64,000 nt of DNA from Rhizobacter sp. (GCA_050916095.1 CP050901.1:1655474-1719473); one strand, 5' to 3'; counted from the first letter of the stretch, positions 37,166 to 47,352 are shown. A program made the numbers and translations. Notes: a model not told the origin generated them from the sequence alone.

Positions 37166-38093
37166 CAGCCACTAACCAATGAACAGGCTCGGTCGACATT
37201 TCGTAGACATCATGGTTCTGCCTCCGTGGCTTTGAACACCCCTGGCCATTGAAGCTCTATCGAGACTCCATCTGTTCCGAATATCGTTGGGTGGTCCAAA
37301 TGTCTATATCCCAGAAGTCTTTAACGATCAGCGCGTGATTGGCGTCGAAATCAATTGCCCAATGGTAGTTCTTGACAGGCTGTTCGGGGCCGCTGAACCC
37401 GATCCGAACACAGCGTCCAACTACCTTCCATTCGTTGCATCCACGCCAGAACGTTGCGGCGTTGGTAGCATCTGGTAGCGGCAAGGACTCGTTGAACAGC
37501 CGATTGAACGTATCGACAAACTGCCGAGCTCTTGACTCGACAACTTGATCGACTGTCCAGATGTATTCGGGGGTGCCGTTCATCGCGCTACCAGCAACCG
37601 CCGCTGCATAAAGCACGACTGACTCTCGCAGTGCTGTCAATACGACCGGATCACGCGATAAAGCGGCGAGGGTCACCAAAGAGAAATCGTTGGAGTTGAC
37701 AGCACACAGGTAAGCGGCGTCCGTTATTTTTGGGATGTTCCACGCGGGAATCGTCTTCTGAAGGGCGAGTGACAACGAATCTTCCCCCCCGCTTAACAAA
37801 CAGTCCCCATCGGATGACGGTCCAAAGATGCCTGACTCGATGATTTGTTTGAGGCGCTTGTAGCCCTCTACGGCAAAAACATTTGGTTCCAGGTGCCTCG
37901 GAACGCGTTGAAGCGCTCGCATAAGACGGAAGTACTCTGTCAGCTGCTCGTCCTCAGCGTAATAGCCCTCAATGGGAACATTTGCCGGGGCAATTGCCAA
38001 CGCAGAAGCGGTCTCTTTGGCGCAGCAATGACCTTGCCCCCGAAAACCGTATCCCTTGCTGAGTGATTCAATCGCAAGCAAAGGAGAGCGGAA

Positions 38094-38393
38094 ATGACGA
38101 AGAGAGCCAAAAGGGCGAGGTACACGCAGGAGTTCAAGTTCGAGGCGGTGCGGCTGGTGGAAGGCGGGCAAAGCATGGCGGCAGCGGCCAGGACGCTTGG
38201 GGTGGTTGAGCAGACGCTGTTCAACTGGATCAAAGCGCACCGCGAAGGCAAACTCAAGGGCGCTGACAGCCGGGTCAAGGTAAGCAGCGAACAAATGGAG
38301 ATCAGCCGCTTGAGGGCAGAGCTGGCGCGGGTCAAGATGGAGCGCGACATCCTGGAAAAGGCCACGGCGTACTTTGCAAAGGGATCGACGTGA
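38094..38393 (+). CDS. IS3-family transposase OrfA
   Basis: 99 aa, identical to 15869-16168. Confidence 0.9.
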   Translation: MTKRAKRARYTQEFKFEAVRLVEGGQSMAAAARTLGVVEQTLFNWIKAHREGKLKGADSRVKVSSEQMEISRLRAELARVKMERDILEKATAYFAKGST

Positions 38394-39286
38394 AGTACGC
38401 CTTCATACAAAGCCACCGGCGGGTGTGGCCAATCTCTGTGCAGTGCCGGGTTCTGCGTGTCAGCGTGGCCGGGTATCACGAGCACTTCCTGCGGCGGGCC
38501 AGTGCGGCGCAACGACGCCACCTCAGTGATGACGCCTTGCTGGTACACATCAAAGCAATTCACGCCCAGGTCAGGGCCAGCTACGGCTGGCCTCGCATGT
38601 GGAAAGAACTGCTGGCACGCGGCATCCGGGTGGGCAAAGACCGGGTGCAAAAGCTCATGCAATTGCACGGCATTCGCGCCAAAGGCAAACGCAGATTCAA
38701 GATCACCACCGACAGCAAACATGATTTGCCGATTGCACCCAACCTGCTGGAGCGGCAATTCAACGTTCAAGAGCCTGACAAGGTGTGGGCGGGGGACATC
38801 ACCTACATCGACACCCAAGAGGGCTGGCTGTACCTGGCAGTGGTGATTGACCTCTTCAGCCGTCAAGTGGTGGGCTGGAGCTTGCGGCAAGACATGACAC
38901 GCGACATCGTCATTGATGCGCTGCGCATGGCATGGTTCAAGCGACATCCAGACAAAGGCGCAGGGCTGATCTTCCACAGCGACAGAGGCAGTCAATACGC
39001 AAGCCAAGACTTCAGGGACGTGCTCAGTGAGTACGGAATTCAGGCGTCCATGAGCAGGCGGGGCAACTGTTGGGACAATGCGTGCAGCGAGACCTTGTTC
39101 GGGTCACTGAAGGTAGAACGCCTACATGGGCAGCGCTTTGAAACCAGGCGGCAAGCCAAAGACGAGGTCATGGCCTGGCTGCTTTGGTACAACCAAGCCC
39201 GGCTGCACTCGACTCTGGCCTATGTCAGTCCGATGCAGTTCGAGCAAAGCTGGTTTGCGGCCCAGGCCATGCAAGCCAATTCGTGA
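38390..39286 (+). CDS. IS3-family transposase OrfB (DDE)
   Basis: 298 aa, identical to 14976-15872. Confidence 0.9.
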   Translation: MKYAFIQSHRRVWPISVQCRVLRVSVAGYHEHFLRRASAAQRRHLSDDALLVHIKAIHAQVRASYGWPRMWKELLARGIRVGKDRVQKLMQLHGIRAKGKRRFKITTDSKHDLPIAPNLLERQFNVQEPDKVWAGDITYIDTQEGWLYLAVVIDLFSRQVVGWSLRQDMTRDIVIDALRMAWFKRHPDKGAGLIFHSDRGSQYASQDFRDVLSEYGIQASMSRRGNCWDNACSETLFGSLKVERLHGQRFETRRQAKDEVMAWLLWYNQARLHSTLAYVSPMQFEQSWFAAQAMQANS

Positions 39287-39428
39287 CTCGGTTATGGGAT
39301 ACGGATTACAGAGGCAAGGTCACAAAGTAGCTCGTCCCGTTCGTGGTGTTTCATCGCTTCGCGATAAAACTCGTCGAGAGCAAGTAGCAGGACTCGGTTA
39401 TCTACGATTCGAGCGTGAGTGGTCATGA

Positions 39429-39752
39429 CTACTTAATCAACTCACCCAATTTCCCAGTCTTGTCCTTCCACTCATCCGCATCCGGCAACGGCGCTTTGCG
39501 TTTGGTGATGCTGGGCCATTTTTTGGACAGGTCGAGGTTGATTTTGATCATGTGCTGCTGATCGCTGGGCACATCTTCTTCAGGAACGATGGCATTGACC
39601 GGGCACTCGGGAATGCACACGGCGCAGTCGATGCATTCATCGGGGTCGATGGTGAGGAAGTTGGGGCCTTCGCGGAAACAGTCGACAGGGCACACGTCCA
39701 CACAGTCGGTGTATTTGCAGCGGATACAGGCTTCGGTGACAACGTGGGTCAT
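39429..39752 (-). CDS. fdxA: 7Fe ferredoxin
   Basis: 107 aa with CxxCxxCxxxCP and CxxCxxxCP cysteine motifs. Confidence 0.85.
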   Translation of the reverse strand: MTHVVTEACIRCKYTDCVDVCPVDCFREGPNFLTIDPDECIDCAVCIPECPVNAIVPEEDVPSDQQHMIKINLDLSKKWPSITKRKAPLPDADEWKDKTGKLGELIK

Positions 39753-39838
39753 GACTCAGGTTCGGAAGTTAAAACAAAGTGGGGAAGCAGCAGTGAGCAC
39801 TTGGACGGGCGGCTGCAGCTGGGTATGAAGAAGTGATT

Positions 39839-40621
39839 TTAAGGGCTCGGGGTTTTCACCAGGATTTGTGGCGGTACAAAACCCTTGGATTCGATGTTCG
39901 TTGGGGTTGCGCTGGTGAGTGCGACTGCACCGGCCCCCACGGTGACCACGGTGGGCCGGCCGGCGTGCAACAAGCTGGCGCGGGCCAGGGTGGCGACAGA
40001 ATGATCGCTGTGCAATTGGTCGGGCCAACCGGCACGGGAGACCACGCTGACCGGCGTGCTGCTTTCCCAGCCGGCATCAATCAGTTGGCGGGCCAACGCG
40101 GCCAGTTGTTTGCCCGCCATGTAAAAAACTTCGGTGTCGGCACTGCGCTGGGCCTGCAATTCCCCACTGCGCGTCATGGCCGTGGTGAGGCTGACGCTGC
40201 GGCCCGTGCCGCGCCGGGTCAGCGGCCGCTGCGTGGCGGCGGCTGCGGCGATGGCGGCGGTGACGCCAGGGATGACTTCGCTGCTGATGCCCGCTTGCGC
40301 CAAGGCCAAGAGTTCTTCTTCCAAACGACCAAAGATGCTGGGGTCGCCCCCTTTGAGGCGCACCACGCACTGGCCAGCTTGTGCGTGTTGCACCAGGAGG
40401 GCGTTGATTTTGGTTTGCGCCACGCTGTCGCAAAACCCGCGTTTACCGACGTGGATCCAATTCGCTTTGGGTGCGAACTCGCGCAGCGCGGGGTCGGTGA
40501 GGGCGTCGAACAGCACCACGTCGGCCTGCGCCAAGGCGCGTGCACCACGCAGCGTGATCAGGTCAGCCGCGCCAGGGCCGGCGCCGATGAAGATCACATG
40601 GCCGAGTTTGCTCATGTCCAA
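39839..40621 (-). CDS. cobA: uroporphyrinogen-III C-methyltransferase
   Basis: 260 aa, VIFIGAGPGAADLITLRG... SUMT fold. Next to the sulfur-assimilation genes, consistent with sirohaem synthesis. Confidence 0.8.
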   Translation of the reverse strand: MDMSKLGHVIFIGAGPGAADLITLRGARALAQADVVLFDALTDPALREFAPKANWIHVGKRGFCDSVAQTKINALLVQHAQAGQCVVRLKGGDPSIFGRLEEELLALAQAGISSEVIPGVTAAIAAAAATQRPLTRRGTGRSVSLTTAMTRSGELQAQRSADTEVFYMAGKQLAALARQLIDAGWESSTPVSVVSRAGWPDQLHSDHSVATLARASLLHAGRPTVVTVGAGAVALTSATPTNIESKGFVPPQILVKTPSP

Positions 40622-40630
40622 CGCCTGGGT

Positions 40631-41917
40631 TTACGCCGCCGCCTTCACCAACAACGCACCACTGGTGCGGTTGCTGGTGGGGTCCACGATGATGAGCGAG
40701 CCACCCACGCGGTTGTCGGCGTAGGCTTCCACCGGCAAGGCTTGTTGGGTTTCGATGGTGACGTGACCAATGTCGTTCACCGCCAGTTCATGCGCATCCA
40801 TGCTTTGCAGGTTGTGGATGTCGAGGCGGCTTTCAATGCTGCTGATGCGGGCCTGCACCCAGCGGTTGCCATGGCGCACCCAGTACTTGCGGCCAACCAC
40901 GGCGGGCTCGATGTCCAGCCAAGCCAAGGTGGCGGTGAAACGCTGGGCTTCGTGGATGGTTTGCGGTGTGCTGATCCAGTCACCACGCGACACATCGAGT
41001 TGGCGGTCCAGCACCACACCGGCGCTTTGGCCGGCTTCGACCACGTCCACCACCTCGGCGGCCAGTCGCACTTCAGCGACCACCGCTGTTTGACCGCTGG
41101 GGAAAATCTGCACCGCATCACCGGCTTTCACGCGGCCATGGGCAATGCGGCCATACAGGGTGCGTGGCTGGTTGCCCGTGCCTTCGCCTTCGCGGCTCAC
41201 ATACTGCACGGGAATCAGCAGGTCGCCGTCTTTGCGCTCTTGCAAGGCGGGCAGGCTCTCCAGCAGTTGCAACAGCGACGGGCCGTTGTACCAATCGGCA
41301 TCCAAAGGTTGGGTCACGTTGTCGCCACGCAAGGCGGATACAGGAATGATGCCGGCCACTGCAATGCCCGCTTGCTGGGCGAATGCTTCCAGAGCTGTTT
41401 TCACCGTGTTGTAGGCCGCGCCGGGGTTCTCAATCGCGTCGAGCTTGTTGATGGCAAACACAATGCTGGGCACGCGCAGCAAATGCGCCAGCAAAGCGTG
41501 GCGGCGGGTTTGCGGCAACAGTACGGGCGCTTTGACGTCGAGTTTGGTGATGTCCACCAGCACCACGGCGGCATCGCTGCCTGCGGCGGCGGTCACCATG
41601 TTGCGGGTGTACTGCTCGTGGCCGGGCGCGTCGGCAATGATGAATTTGCGCGACTTGGTGGCGAAGTAGCGGTAGGCCACGTCAATCGTGATGCCTTGTT
41701 CGCGTTCGGCCTCCAGGCCGTCGGTCAGCAGGGACAAATCGATCGGCGCACCAGCGGCTTTTTTCTCGAGCGTGTCGAGCTGGTCAGCCAGGATGGCGCG
41801 GCTGTCATACAGCAAGCGGCCAATCAAGGTGCTCTTGCCATCGTCGACCGAACCTGCGGTGAGAAAACGCAGGGCGCGGTGGTCGGCAGGGGCGGATTTT
41901 GGGTTGTCGGTTGTCAT
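40631..41917 (-). CDS. cysN: sulfate adenylyltransferase subunit 1 (GTPase)
   Basis: 428 aa, G-domain motifs GSVDDGKST and DAPGH. Confidence 0.85.
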   Translation of the reverse strand: MTTDNPKSAPADHRALRFLTAGSVDDGKSTLIGRLLYDSRAILADQLDTLEKKAAGAPIDLSLLTDGLEAEREQGITIDVAYRYFATKSRKFIIADAPGHEQYTRNMVTAAAGSDAAVVLVDITKLDVKAPVLLPQTRRHALLAHLLRVPSIVFAINKLDAIENPGAAYNTVKTALEAFAQQAGIAVAGIIPVSALRGDNVTQPLDADWYNGPSLLQLLESLPALQERKDGDLLIPVQYVSREGEGTGNQPRTLYGRIAHGRVKAGDAVQIFPSGQTAVVAEVRLAAEVVDVVEAGQSAGVVLDRQLDVSRGDWISTPQTIHEAQRFTATLAWLDIEPAVVGRKYWVRHGNRWVQARISSIESRLDIHNLQSMDAHELAVNDIGHVTIETQQALPVEAYADNRVGGSLIIVDPTSNRTSGALLVKAAA

Positions 41918-42876
41918 CAGAAATAGCCTTCTTTTTTTCTACGCTCCATGGAGGCGTCGGAGGTACGGTCATCCATTCGTGTGGCACCACGTTCGCTCAC
42001 CGTCACCTTCAGCGTCTCGGCGACGATCTCCGTGGCATTGGCGGCGGGGCTTTCTACGGGGCAGGTGCAGGTCATGTCGCCCACGGTGCGAAAGCGCACT
42101 TGCGCGGTCTCGACCACCTCACCCGCTTCAGGGGGGGTGACCTCGGTCAAGGGCACCAACAAACCTTTGCGGCGAATCACCTGGCGGTCGTGTTTGTAGT
42201 AGAGGCTGGGCAGCGGAATGTTTTCGCGGGCGATGTAGAGCCACACGTCCAGTTCCGTCCAGTTGCTGATCGGGAAGGCGCGCATGTGCTCGCCCGGTTT
42301 GATGCGCGTGTTGAAGAGCGTCCAGAGTTCGGGGCGCTGCTCTTTGGGTTGCCACTGGCCAAAGCTGTCGCGGTGGCTGAAGATGCGTTCTTTGGCGCGG
42401 GCTTTTTCCTCGTCGCGGCGGGCGCCGCCCATGAGCACATCAAAGCGGTGTTCTTCAATGGCTTCGAGTAGCGCCACGGTTTGGTGGCCGTTGCGGGATT
42501 CAAGCGGGTGCGACAGGCGCACCGTGCCACGCTTGATGGAGTCCTCCAGATAGCCCACCACCAAACGTTCACCCATCTCCGCCACACGGCGGTCGCGGAA
42601 TTCGATCACTTCAGGGAAGTTGTGGCCGGTGTCCACATGCAGCAGCGGGAAGGGCAGTCGGCCTTTGAATTCACCATCCTTACCTTTAGTCTTGAACGCC
42701 TTTTCGGCCAAACGCAGAACGACACAAGAGTCTTTGCCGCCCGAGAACAAGAGGGCAGGGCGCTCAAACGCAGCCACGGTTTCACGCAAGATGAAGATGG
42801 CTTCTTCTTCCAGCCAATCCAGGTGGCTGTGGTCGAGCTGGGGCAGCAGTTGCTCGATGGTCAAGGGGGCGTTCAT
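41917..42876 (-). CDS. cysD: sulfate adenylyltransferase subunit 2
   Basis: PAPS-reductase-like fold with SGGKDS P-loop. Start trimmed to MNAPLTIEQL. Confidence 0.85.
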   Translation of the reverse strand: MNAPLTIEQLLPQLDHSHLDWLEEEAIFILRETVAAFERPALLFSGGKDSCVVLRLAEKAFKTKGKDGEFKGRLPFPLLHVDTGHNFPEVIEFRDRRVAEMGERLVVGYLEDSIKRGTVRLSHPLESRNGHQTVALLEAIEEHRFDVLMGGARRDEEKARAKERIFSHRDSFGQWQPKEQRPELWTLFNTRIKPGEHMRAFPISNWTELDVWLYIARENIPLPSLYYKHDRQVIRRKGLLVPLTEVTPPEAGEVVETAQVRFRTVGDMTCTCPVESPAANATEIVAETLKVTVSERGATRMDDRTSDASMERRKKEGYF

Positions 42877-43781
42877 TTCCGATCTCCAATCATTGATACC
42901 GCGGCTTCTTCTGCGCCATGCACATGCAAGCCGCACTCCTTCGCTTTTTCATCTTGGCTGCGGCCGGGCTCATTCGAGCCCTTAACTTCGGACATACCGA
43001 AGTTAGCCTGCGCCGAAACGAGGTCGCCAGACGCCTCGCTGCGCAAGGCGCTCGACGCTGGCGCGTCGAGGTGCGTCTTGTGCAAGCCGCACTCTTTGGC
43101 GTCCTCGTTTTCCCACCACCAACGGCCTGCGCGGAAGTCTTCGCCAACAGCAATTGCCCTTGTGCATGGCGCGCAGCCAATGCTGGGCATGAATTCGTCG
43201 TGCAGTGGGTTGTAGGGCACCTTGTGGGTGGCGATGTAGTGCCAGACGTCGGCCCAGCTCCAATCGGCCAGCGGGCTCCATTTGGTGCGACCTTTGTCGT
43301 CCAGCTCACTGAAGGGTACGTCGCCCCGGTTGTTGGATTGCTCGCGGCGCAGGCCCGTGATCCAGGCGGTGCGGCCGTCCAACATACGTGACAGCGGCTC
43401 CAACTTGCGAATGCCGCAGCAGGCTTTGCGCAGGTCAATGCTGTCGTACATGGCGCGTTCGCCGTTCGTTTTGACGAAATGAATCACGGCCTCGGCTTGG
43501 GGGCGGTAAACCTCGACCGACAGGCCGTAGTGGGCCTCAATGCGTGAAATTAACGCCACCGTTTGTTCGTGCAGTGCACCTGTCTCCAAGGTGCCAATGG
43601 CCACGGGGATTTGATGGCGTGCGATCAAGTCGGTGATCACCATGTCTTCGGCACCCAGACTGGTGGCTTGCACCACTTGGCCGGCGTGTTCGGTTGCCGC
43701 TTGGCGCAGCACTGTCAGCGCATTCGCCACGCGTTGATCGAAACCGGCGGTGGCGCGTGCATACAGGGTGATGGCAGTCAT
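42873..43781 (-). CDS. cysH: phosphoadenosine phosphosulfate (PAPS/APS) reductase with unusual C-terminal extension
   Basis: Core CysH domain followed by a roughly 60-aa tail that repeats the terminal KECGLH motif. Confidence 0.8.
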   Translation of the reverse strand: MTAITLYARATAGFDQRVANALTVLRQAATEHAGQVVQATSLGAEDMVITDLIARHQIPVAIGTLETGALHEQTVALISRIEAHYGLSVEVYRPQAEAVIHFVKTNGERAMYDSIDLRKACCGIRKLEPLSRMLDGRTAWITGLRREQSNNRGDVPFSELDDKGRTKWSPLADWSWADVWHYIATHKVPYNPLHDEFMPSIGCAPCTRAIAVGEDFRAGRWWWENEDAKECGLHKTHLDAPASSALRSEASGDLVSAQANFGMSEVKGSNEPGRSQDEKAKECGLHVHGAEEAAVSMIGDRK

Positions 43782-44311
43782 ATCGATGAGCCCGCCTGGT
43801 TGAACTCTGGTGCAGCTGCTTTGCCGCTTTCTGGCCGAGCAAATACCGGGCGATGCTCACTGACATCGGCCTGGTAGTAAGCGGGGAAAAAGGTCAGGGC
43901 ACGTTCGGCGGCTTCACGCGACTGATCGGCACGCAGCTGTACTGCATCAAAACCGGTCCGCTGCAGCAGTTGCAGCATGTCCACCAGCACCTGGCCGGTG
44001 GCGCGCACTTCGCCTTGGAAGCGAAAGCGGTTGCGCAGCAGGCGTGCCTGGCTGTAGGCGCGGCCATCGACCCACTTGGGAAACTCCAAGGCGATCAGGG
44101 ACAGGCGGGGCAGGTCGGCTTCCAGCTCTTCAATGTCGGCGTCGTTGGGGAAGATCACCCCGACCTTCATGTCTTGCGGCCAAAGGGCGCGCACGCCGTG
44201 CCACTGCGCCAGGGTGAGCAGGCTGTGGTCCTTGGGGGTGAGGTTGACGATGGGGCCGTCTTCACCGATGACGCTGTGCCAGGGGTCGCGTTGGGGGTCT
44301 ATGAATTTCAT
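43778..44311 (-). CDS. DUF934 domain protein (sulfite-reductase-associated)
   Basis: 177 aa. Conserved position between the sulfite reductase and cysH genes. Confidence 0.7.
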   Translation of the reverse strand: MKFIDPQRDPWHSVIGEDGPIVNLTPKDHSLLTLAQWHGVRALWPQDMKVGVIFPNDADIEELEADLPRLSLIALEFPKWVDGRAYSQARLLRNRFRFQGEVRATGQVLVDMLQLLQRTGFDAVQLRADQSREAAERALTFFPAYYQADVSEHRPVFARPESGKAAAPEFNQAGSSI

Positions 44312-44478
44312 GGTTTCGTGTTATCGAGCTTTTAAATAAATGGCGACACCACACTCCGTTCGGGCTGAGCTTGTCGAAGCCAGCGCGGGCCTCGGTGCAG
44401 GCCCTTCGACAGGCTCAGGGCGAACGGGCTAGAGATTGTCGTGAATAAAGTGCGGACTAACAGGTCAAACGGCGCGTT

Positions 44479-46185
44479 TTAGGCTGCCTTGGCCGTTGAA
44501 CGGCGGATCGCGTTGGCGGCTGATTTGAAGGGGTCCAGGCCGACACGTTTGACGGTGTCGATGAAACGCTCATTCGCCGCTCTGGTTTCGCGGTAGGTGT
44601 CGATCACGGCTTCAATGGCATCGGCGACTTCATCGGCGGCGAACGACGGGCCAATCACCTTGCCCGGCACAGGTTCACCGCTTTGCGTGGAACCGTCGGA
44701 GCCTGCAAGCGTCACCTGGTACCACTCGGTGCCGTCCTTGTCCACGCCGAGCACACCAATGTGGCCGCTGTGGTGGTGGCCGCAGGAGTTGATGCAACCG
44801 CTGATGTGCAGGTCGATGTCACCAATGTCGTAAAGCTCGTCCAGGTCTTGGTAACGCGTGGTGAGTTCTTCGGCCAGCGGCAAGGAGCGTGCGTTGGCGA
44901 GCGAGCAGAAGTCGCCACCCGGGCAAGCAATCATGTCGGTGAGCAAGCCGATGTTGGGTGTGGCAAAACTCGCATCGCGCGCGGCTTGCCACAGGGCGTA
45001 GAGCTCAGACTCACGCACCCACGGCAGCACCAGGTTCTGGTCGTGCGACACGCGCAACTCGCCTTGGCTGTAGAGGTCGGCCAGGTCGGCAGCCAAGTCC
45101 ATTTGCACGTCGGTCGCGTCGCCTGGCGCTTGACCCAGACGTTTGAGCGACAAAGTCACGGCGCGGTAGCCACTGACTTGGTGCGGATGCACATTACGCT
45201 CCAACCAGCGCTTGAAAGCCACCGGCGCGTTGTCGTCCACATGGTGGGTGCTGGCATGGTGTTGCACCCCAGCGGGGCGCACGAAGCAGGCGTTGACGCG
45301 GTCAAACTCGGCTTGCGGAATCAGGTGGGCGCTGCCTTCGATGTCGCGGGTCAGGATGTTGTGGAACTCCTTGTTCACATCATCAAAAAATGCCTGGCCT
45401 TCGGCTTTGACCAAAATTTTGATGCGCGCCTTGTACATGTTGTCGCGCCGGCCGTAGCGGTTGTAGACCCGCACGATGGCTTCGATGTAAACCAGGATCT
45501 GTTGCCACGGCAAGAACTCGTTGATGACCGAACCAATCACCGGCGTGCGGCCCATGCCGCCACCGACCAGCACCTTGAAGCCCACTTCACCGGCGGCGTT
45601 TTTCAGCAACTGCAGGCCGATGTCGTGCCAGGCGATGGCGGCGCGGTCTTCTTTCGCGCCGCTGACGGCGATCTTGAATTTGCGTGGCAAATGGGCGAAC
45701 TCTGGGTGCAAGGTGCTCCACTGGCGCAAGATTTCGCAATAAGGCCGAGGGTCAACAATTTCATCTGCCGCCACGCCAGCGAAGCAGTCGCTGGTGATGT
45801 TGCGGATGCAATTGCCGCTGGTTTGAATGCCGTGCATGTTCACTGCCGCCAGCGCATCCATCACGTCGGCGCTTTGGGTCAGCGGAATCCAGTTGTATTG
45901 CAGGTTCTGGCGGGTGGTGAAGTGGCCATAACCTTTGTCGAATTCGCGGGCAATGCGGGCCAGGGCGCGCAACTGCAGGCTGCTCAGTTCACCGTAAGGC
46001 ACGGCCACACGCAGCATGGGCGCATGGCGCTGGATGTACCAGCCGTTTTGCAGGCGCAAGGCGCGAAACTCTTCGTCGCTGAGTTGGCCCTTCAAGTTGC
46101 GCTGCAACTGGTCGCGGTATTGCGCGGCGCGTTGGCGCACGAACTGGGCATCGAATTCGGTGTAGGTGTACATGGGTTTCTGCAA
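44479..46185 (-). CDS. sulfite reductase hemoprotein (nitrite/sulfite reductase family)
   Basis: 568 aa with sirohaem/4Fe-4S cysteine clusters. Confidence 0.85.
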   Translation of the reverse strand: MQKPMYTYTEFDAQFVRQRAAQYRDQLQRNLKGQLSDEEFRALRLQNGWYIQRHAPMLRVAVPYGELSSLQLRALARIAREFDKGYGHFTTRQNLQYNWIPLTQSADVMDALAAVNMHGIQTSGNCIRNITSDCFAGVAADEIVDPRPYCEILRQWSTLHPEFAHLPRKFKIAVSGAKEDRAAIAWHDIGLQLLKNAAGEVGFKVLVGGGMGRTPVIGSVINEFLPWQQILVYIEAIVRVYNRYGRRDNMYKARIKILVKAEGQAFFDDVNKEFHNILTRDIEGSAHLIPQAEFDRVNACFVRPAGVQHHASTHHVDDNAPVAFKRWLERNVHPHQVSGYRAVTLSLKRLGQAPGDATDVQMDLAADLADLYSQGELRVSHDQNLVLPWVRESELYALWQAARDASFATPNIGLLTDMIACPGGDFCSLANARSLPLAEELTTRYQDLDELYDIGDIDLHISGCINSCGHHHSGHIGVLGVDKDGTEWYQVTLAGSDGSTQSGEPVPGKVIGPSFAADEVADAIEAVIDTYRETRAANERFIDTVKRVGLDPFKSAANAIRRSTAKAA

Positions 46186-46428
46186 AAAAATCGGTGAATG
46201 AGTTTGAGGCCTGCCGTGACCGGCGACATACAGAACAACAAATCAGTTTTTCAGGCCTGCGTCATTTCAGCCAACAACAGCGTCGCGGCGTCATCGTGCG
46301 ACCCAGGCCCGGCCCACTCAAAATCGGCATCTGGTCCATGTTGGTTCACGATGGTGCTTTTCAGTGCTGAAACTCGAGGTGGCGACTGTAAATGGACTCT
46401 ATATATTTAAGAACTACATATTTGTATT

Positions 46429-47352
46429 GTGATTATGCTAATGAGGAATATGAAACTGCTTTTGGCGCTGTTATCGCTTTGTCTGGGCTTGGTGGGCTGC
46501 CAAACTACCTCCAAGGCGGTTGAACCCCTTCCTGTTCCTGCCACCCCGGCCGTGGTCGTGCCCAAACCCACACCCAAACTGCCACGTTGGGGTTTGGCGC
46601 TGGGCGGTGGCGCGGCGCGTGGCTTTGCTCACATAGGCGTGATTCAGGTTCTGGAAGAAGCGGGTATTGCACCAGATTTGGTGGTCGGAACATCGGCGGG
46701 GAGTTTGGTTGCCGCGTTGTATGCGTCCGGCAAGTCAGGTTCGGTCTTGGGACAGTTGGCCGGTGACATGGACGAGGCTGCCATTACCGACTGGGGCTTT
46801 CCAGGACGCGGCTTGATTCGCGGTGAAGCGTTGGCGAAGTACGTTCGTGATCAAGTGGGTGGCCGCAACATGGAACAAATGCGGCTGCCACTGGGGATTG
46901 TCGCCACCGATTTGGACTCTGGACAGCCCATCCTCTTTGTGCGTGGCGACACTGGCATGGCGGTGCGGGCATCCAGCAGCGTACCGGCAGTGTTTCAGCC
47001 TGTGAAGATCGCTGGGCGTGAGTATGTGGACGGCGGTTTGGTGTCGCCCGTACCGGTTCGTTTTGCAAGGCAAATGGGGGCGGAGATGGTAGTGGCAGTA
47101 GACATTTCTGCGCCGCCCGAAGGCGGCCCGACGGGCGACCCGTTTCGAATGCTGCTGCAAACCTTCGCCATCATGGGGCGCAGCATCAATTATTTTGAGC
47201 TGCGTGATGCCGACGTGGTGGTGCGGCCGCTGCTGCCCGGCGTGTCGGCCACGGCGTTCGCCGCACGTAAGCAGTCCATTCAAGCAGGCCGTGACGCCAT
47301 GTTGGCGCTGCTACCCACCCTGCGCGCCAAGTTGGCGGAGAAAATGCATTGA
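46429..47352 (+). CDS. patatin-like phospholipase, probable lipoprotein
   Basis: GGGAARGFAHIGV and GTSAGS (GxSxG) motifs. Lipobox-like ...LGLVGC. AT-rich promoter just upstream. Confidence 0.8.
   Translation: MIMLMRNMKLLLALLSLCLGLVGCQTTSKAVEPLPVPATPAVVVPKPTPKLPRWGLALGGGAARGFAHIGVIQVLEEAGIAPDLVVGTSAGSLVAALYASGKSGSVLGQLAGDMDEAAITDWGFPGRGLIRGEALAKYVRDQVGGRNMEQMRLPLGIVATDLDSGQPILFVRGDTGMAVRASSSVPAVFQPVKIAGREYVDGGLVSPVPVRFARQMGAEMVVAVDISAPPEGGPTGDPFRMLLQTFAIMGRSINYFELRDADVVVRPLLPGVSATAFAARKQSIQAGRDAMLALLPTLRAKLAEKMH

Larger units (their letters stand above)
38029..39322 (+). mobile_element. IS3-family insertion sequence, copy 2 (1294 bp)
   Basis: Same inverted repeats as copy 1. Flanked by 3-bp direct repeat CAA. 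Inverted relative to copy 1. Confidence 0.9.
37257..39426 (-). pseudogene. hypothetical protein gene split by IS copy 2 (5' 104 nt at 39323-39426, remainder 37257-38028)
   Basis: Joining the flanks and removing one CAA duplication gives a continuous frame MTTHARIVDNRVLLLALDEFYREAMKHHERDELLCCAKETASALAIAPANVPIEGYYAE.... No recognisable family. Confidence 0.6.

Noticed and set aside
36071-37252. 393-aa plus-strand ORF
   Set aside because: It lies antisense to a well-supported ferredoxin-NADP+ reductase gene. Long antisense ORFs are expected at this GC content.
37257-38294. 345-aa minus-strand ORF starting MFAAYLDPAVS
   Set aside because: Its first ~90 aa are antisense IS copy 2 sequence. Only the part below 38028 belongs to the disrupted hypothetical gene, whose true 5' end lies beyond the IS at 39323-39426.
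14936-39325. Composite transposon formed by the two IS copies
   Set aside because: Each copy has its own matching target duplication (TTAC; CAA), and the outer flanks do not share a duplication. This indicates independent insertions rather than en-bloc transposition.
39833-41926. 697-aa plus-strand ORF
   Set aside because: It lies antisense to well-supported cobA and cysN. Long antisense ORFs are expected at this GC content.
44683-46197. 504-aa plus-strand ORF
   Set aside because: It lies antisense to a well-supported sulfite reductase gene. Long antisense ORFs are expected at this GC content.
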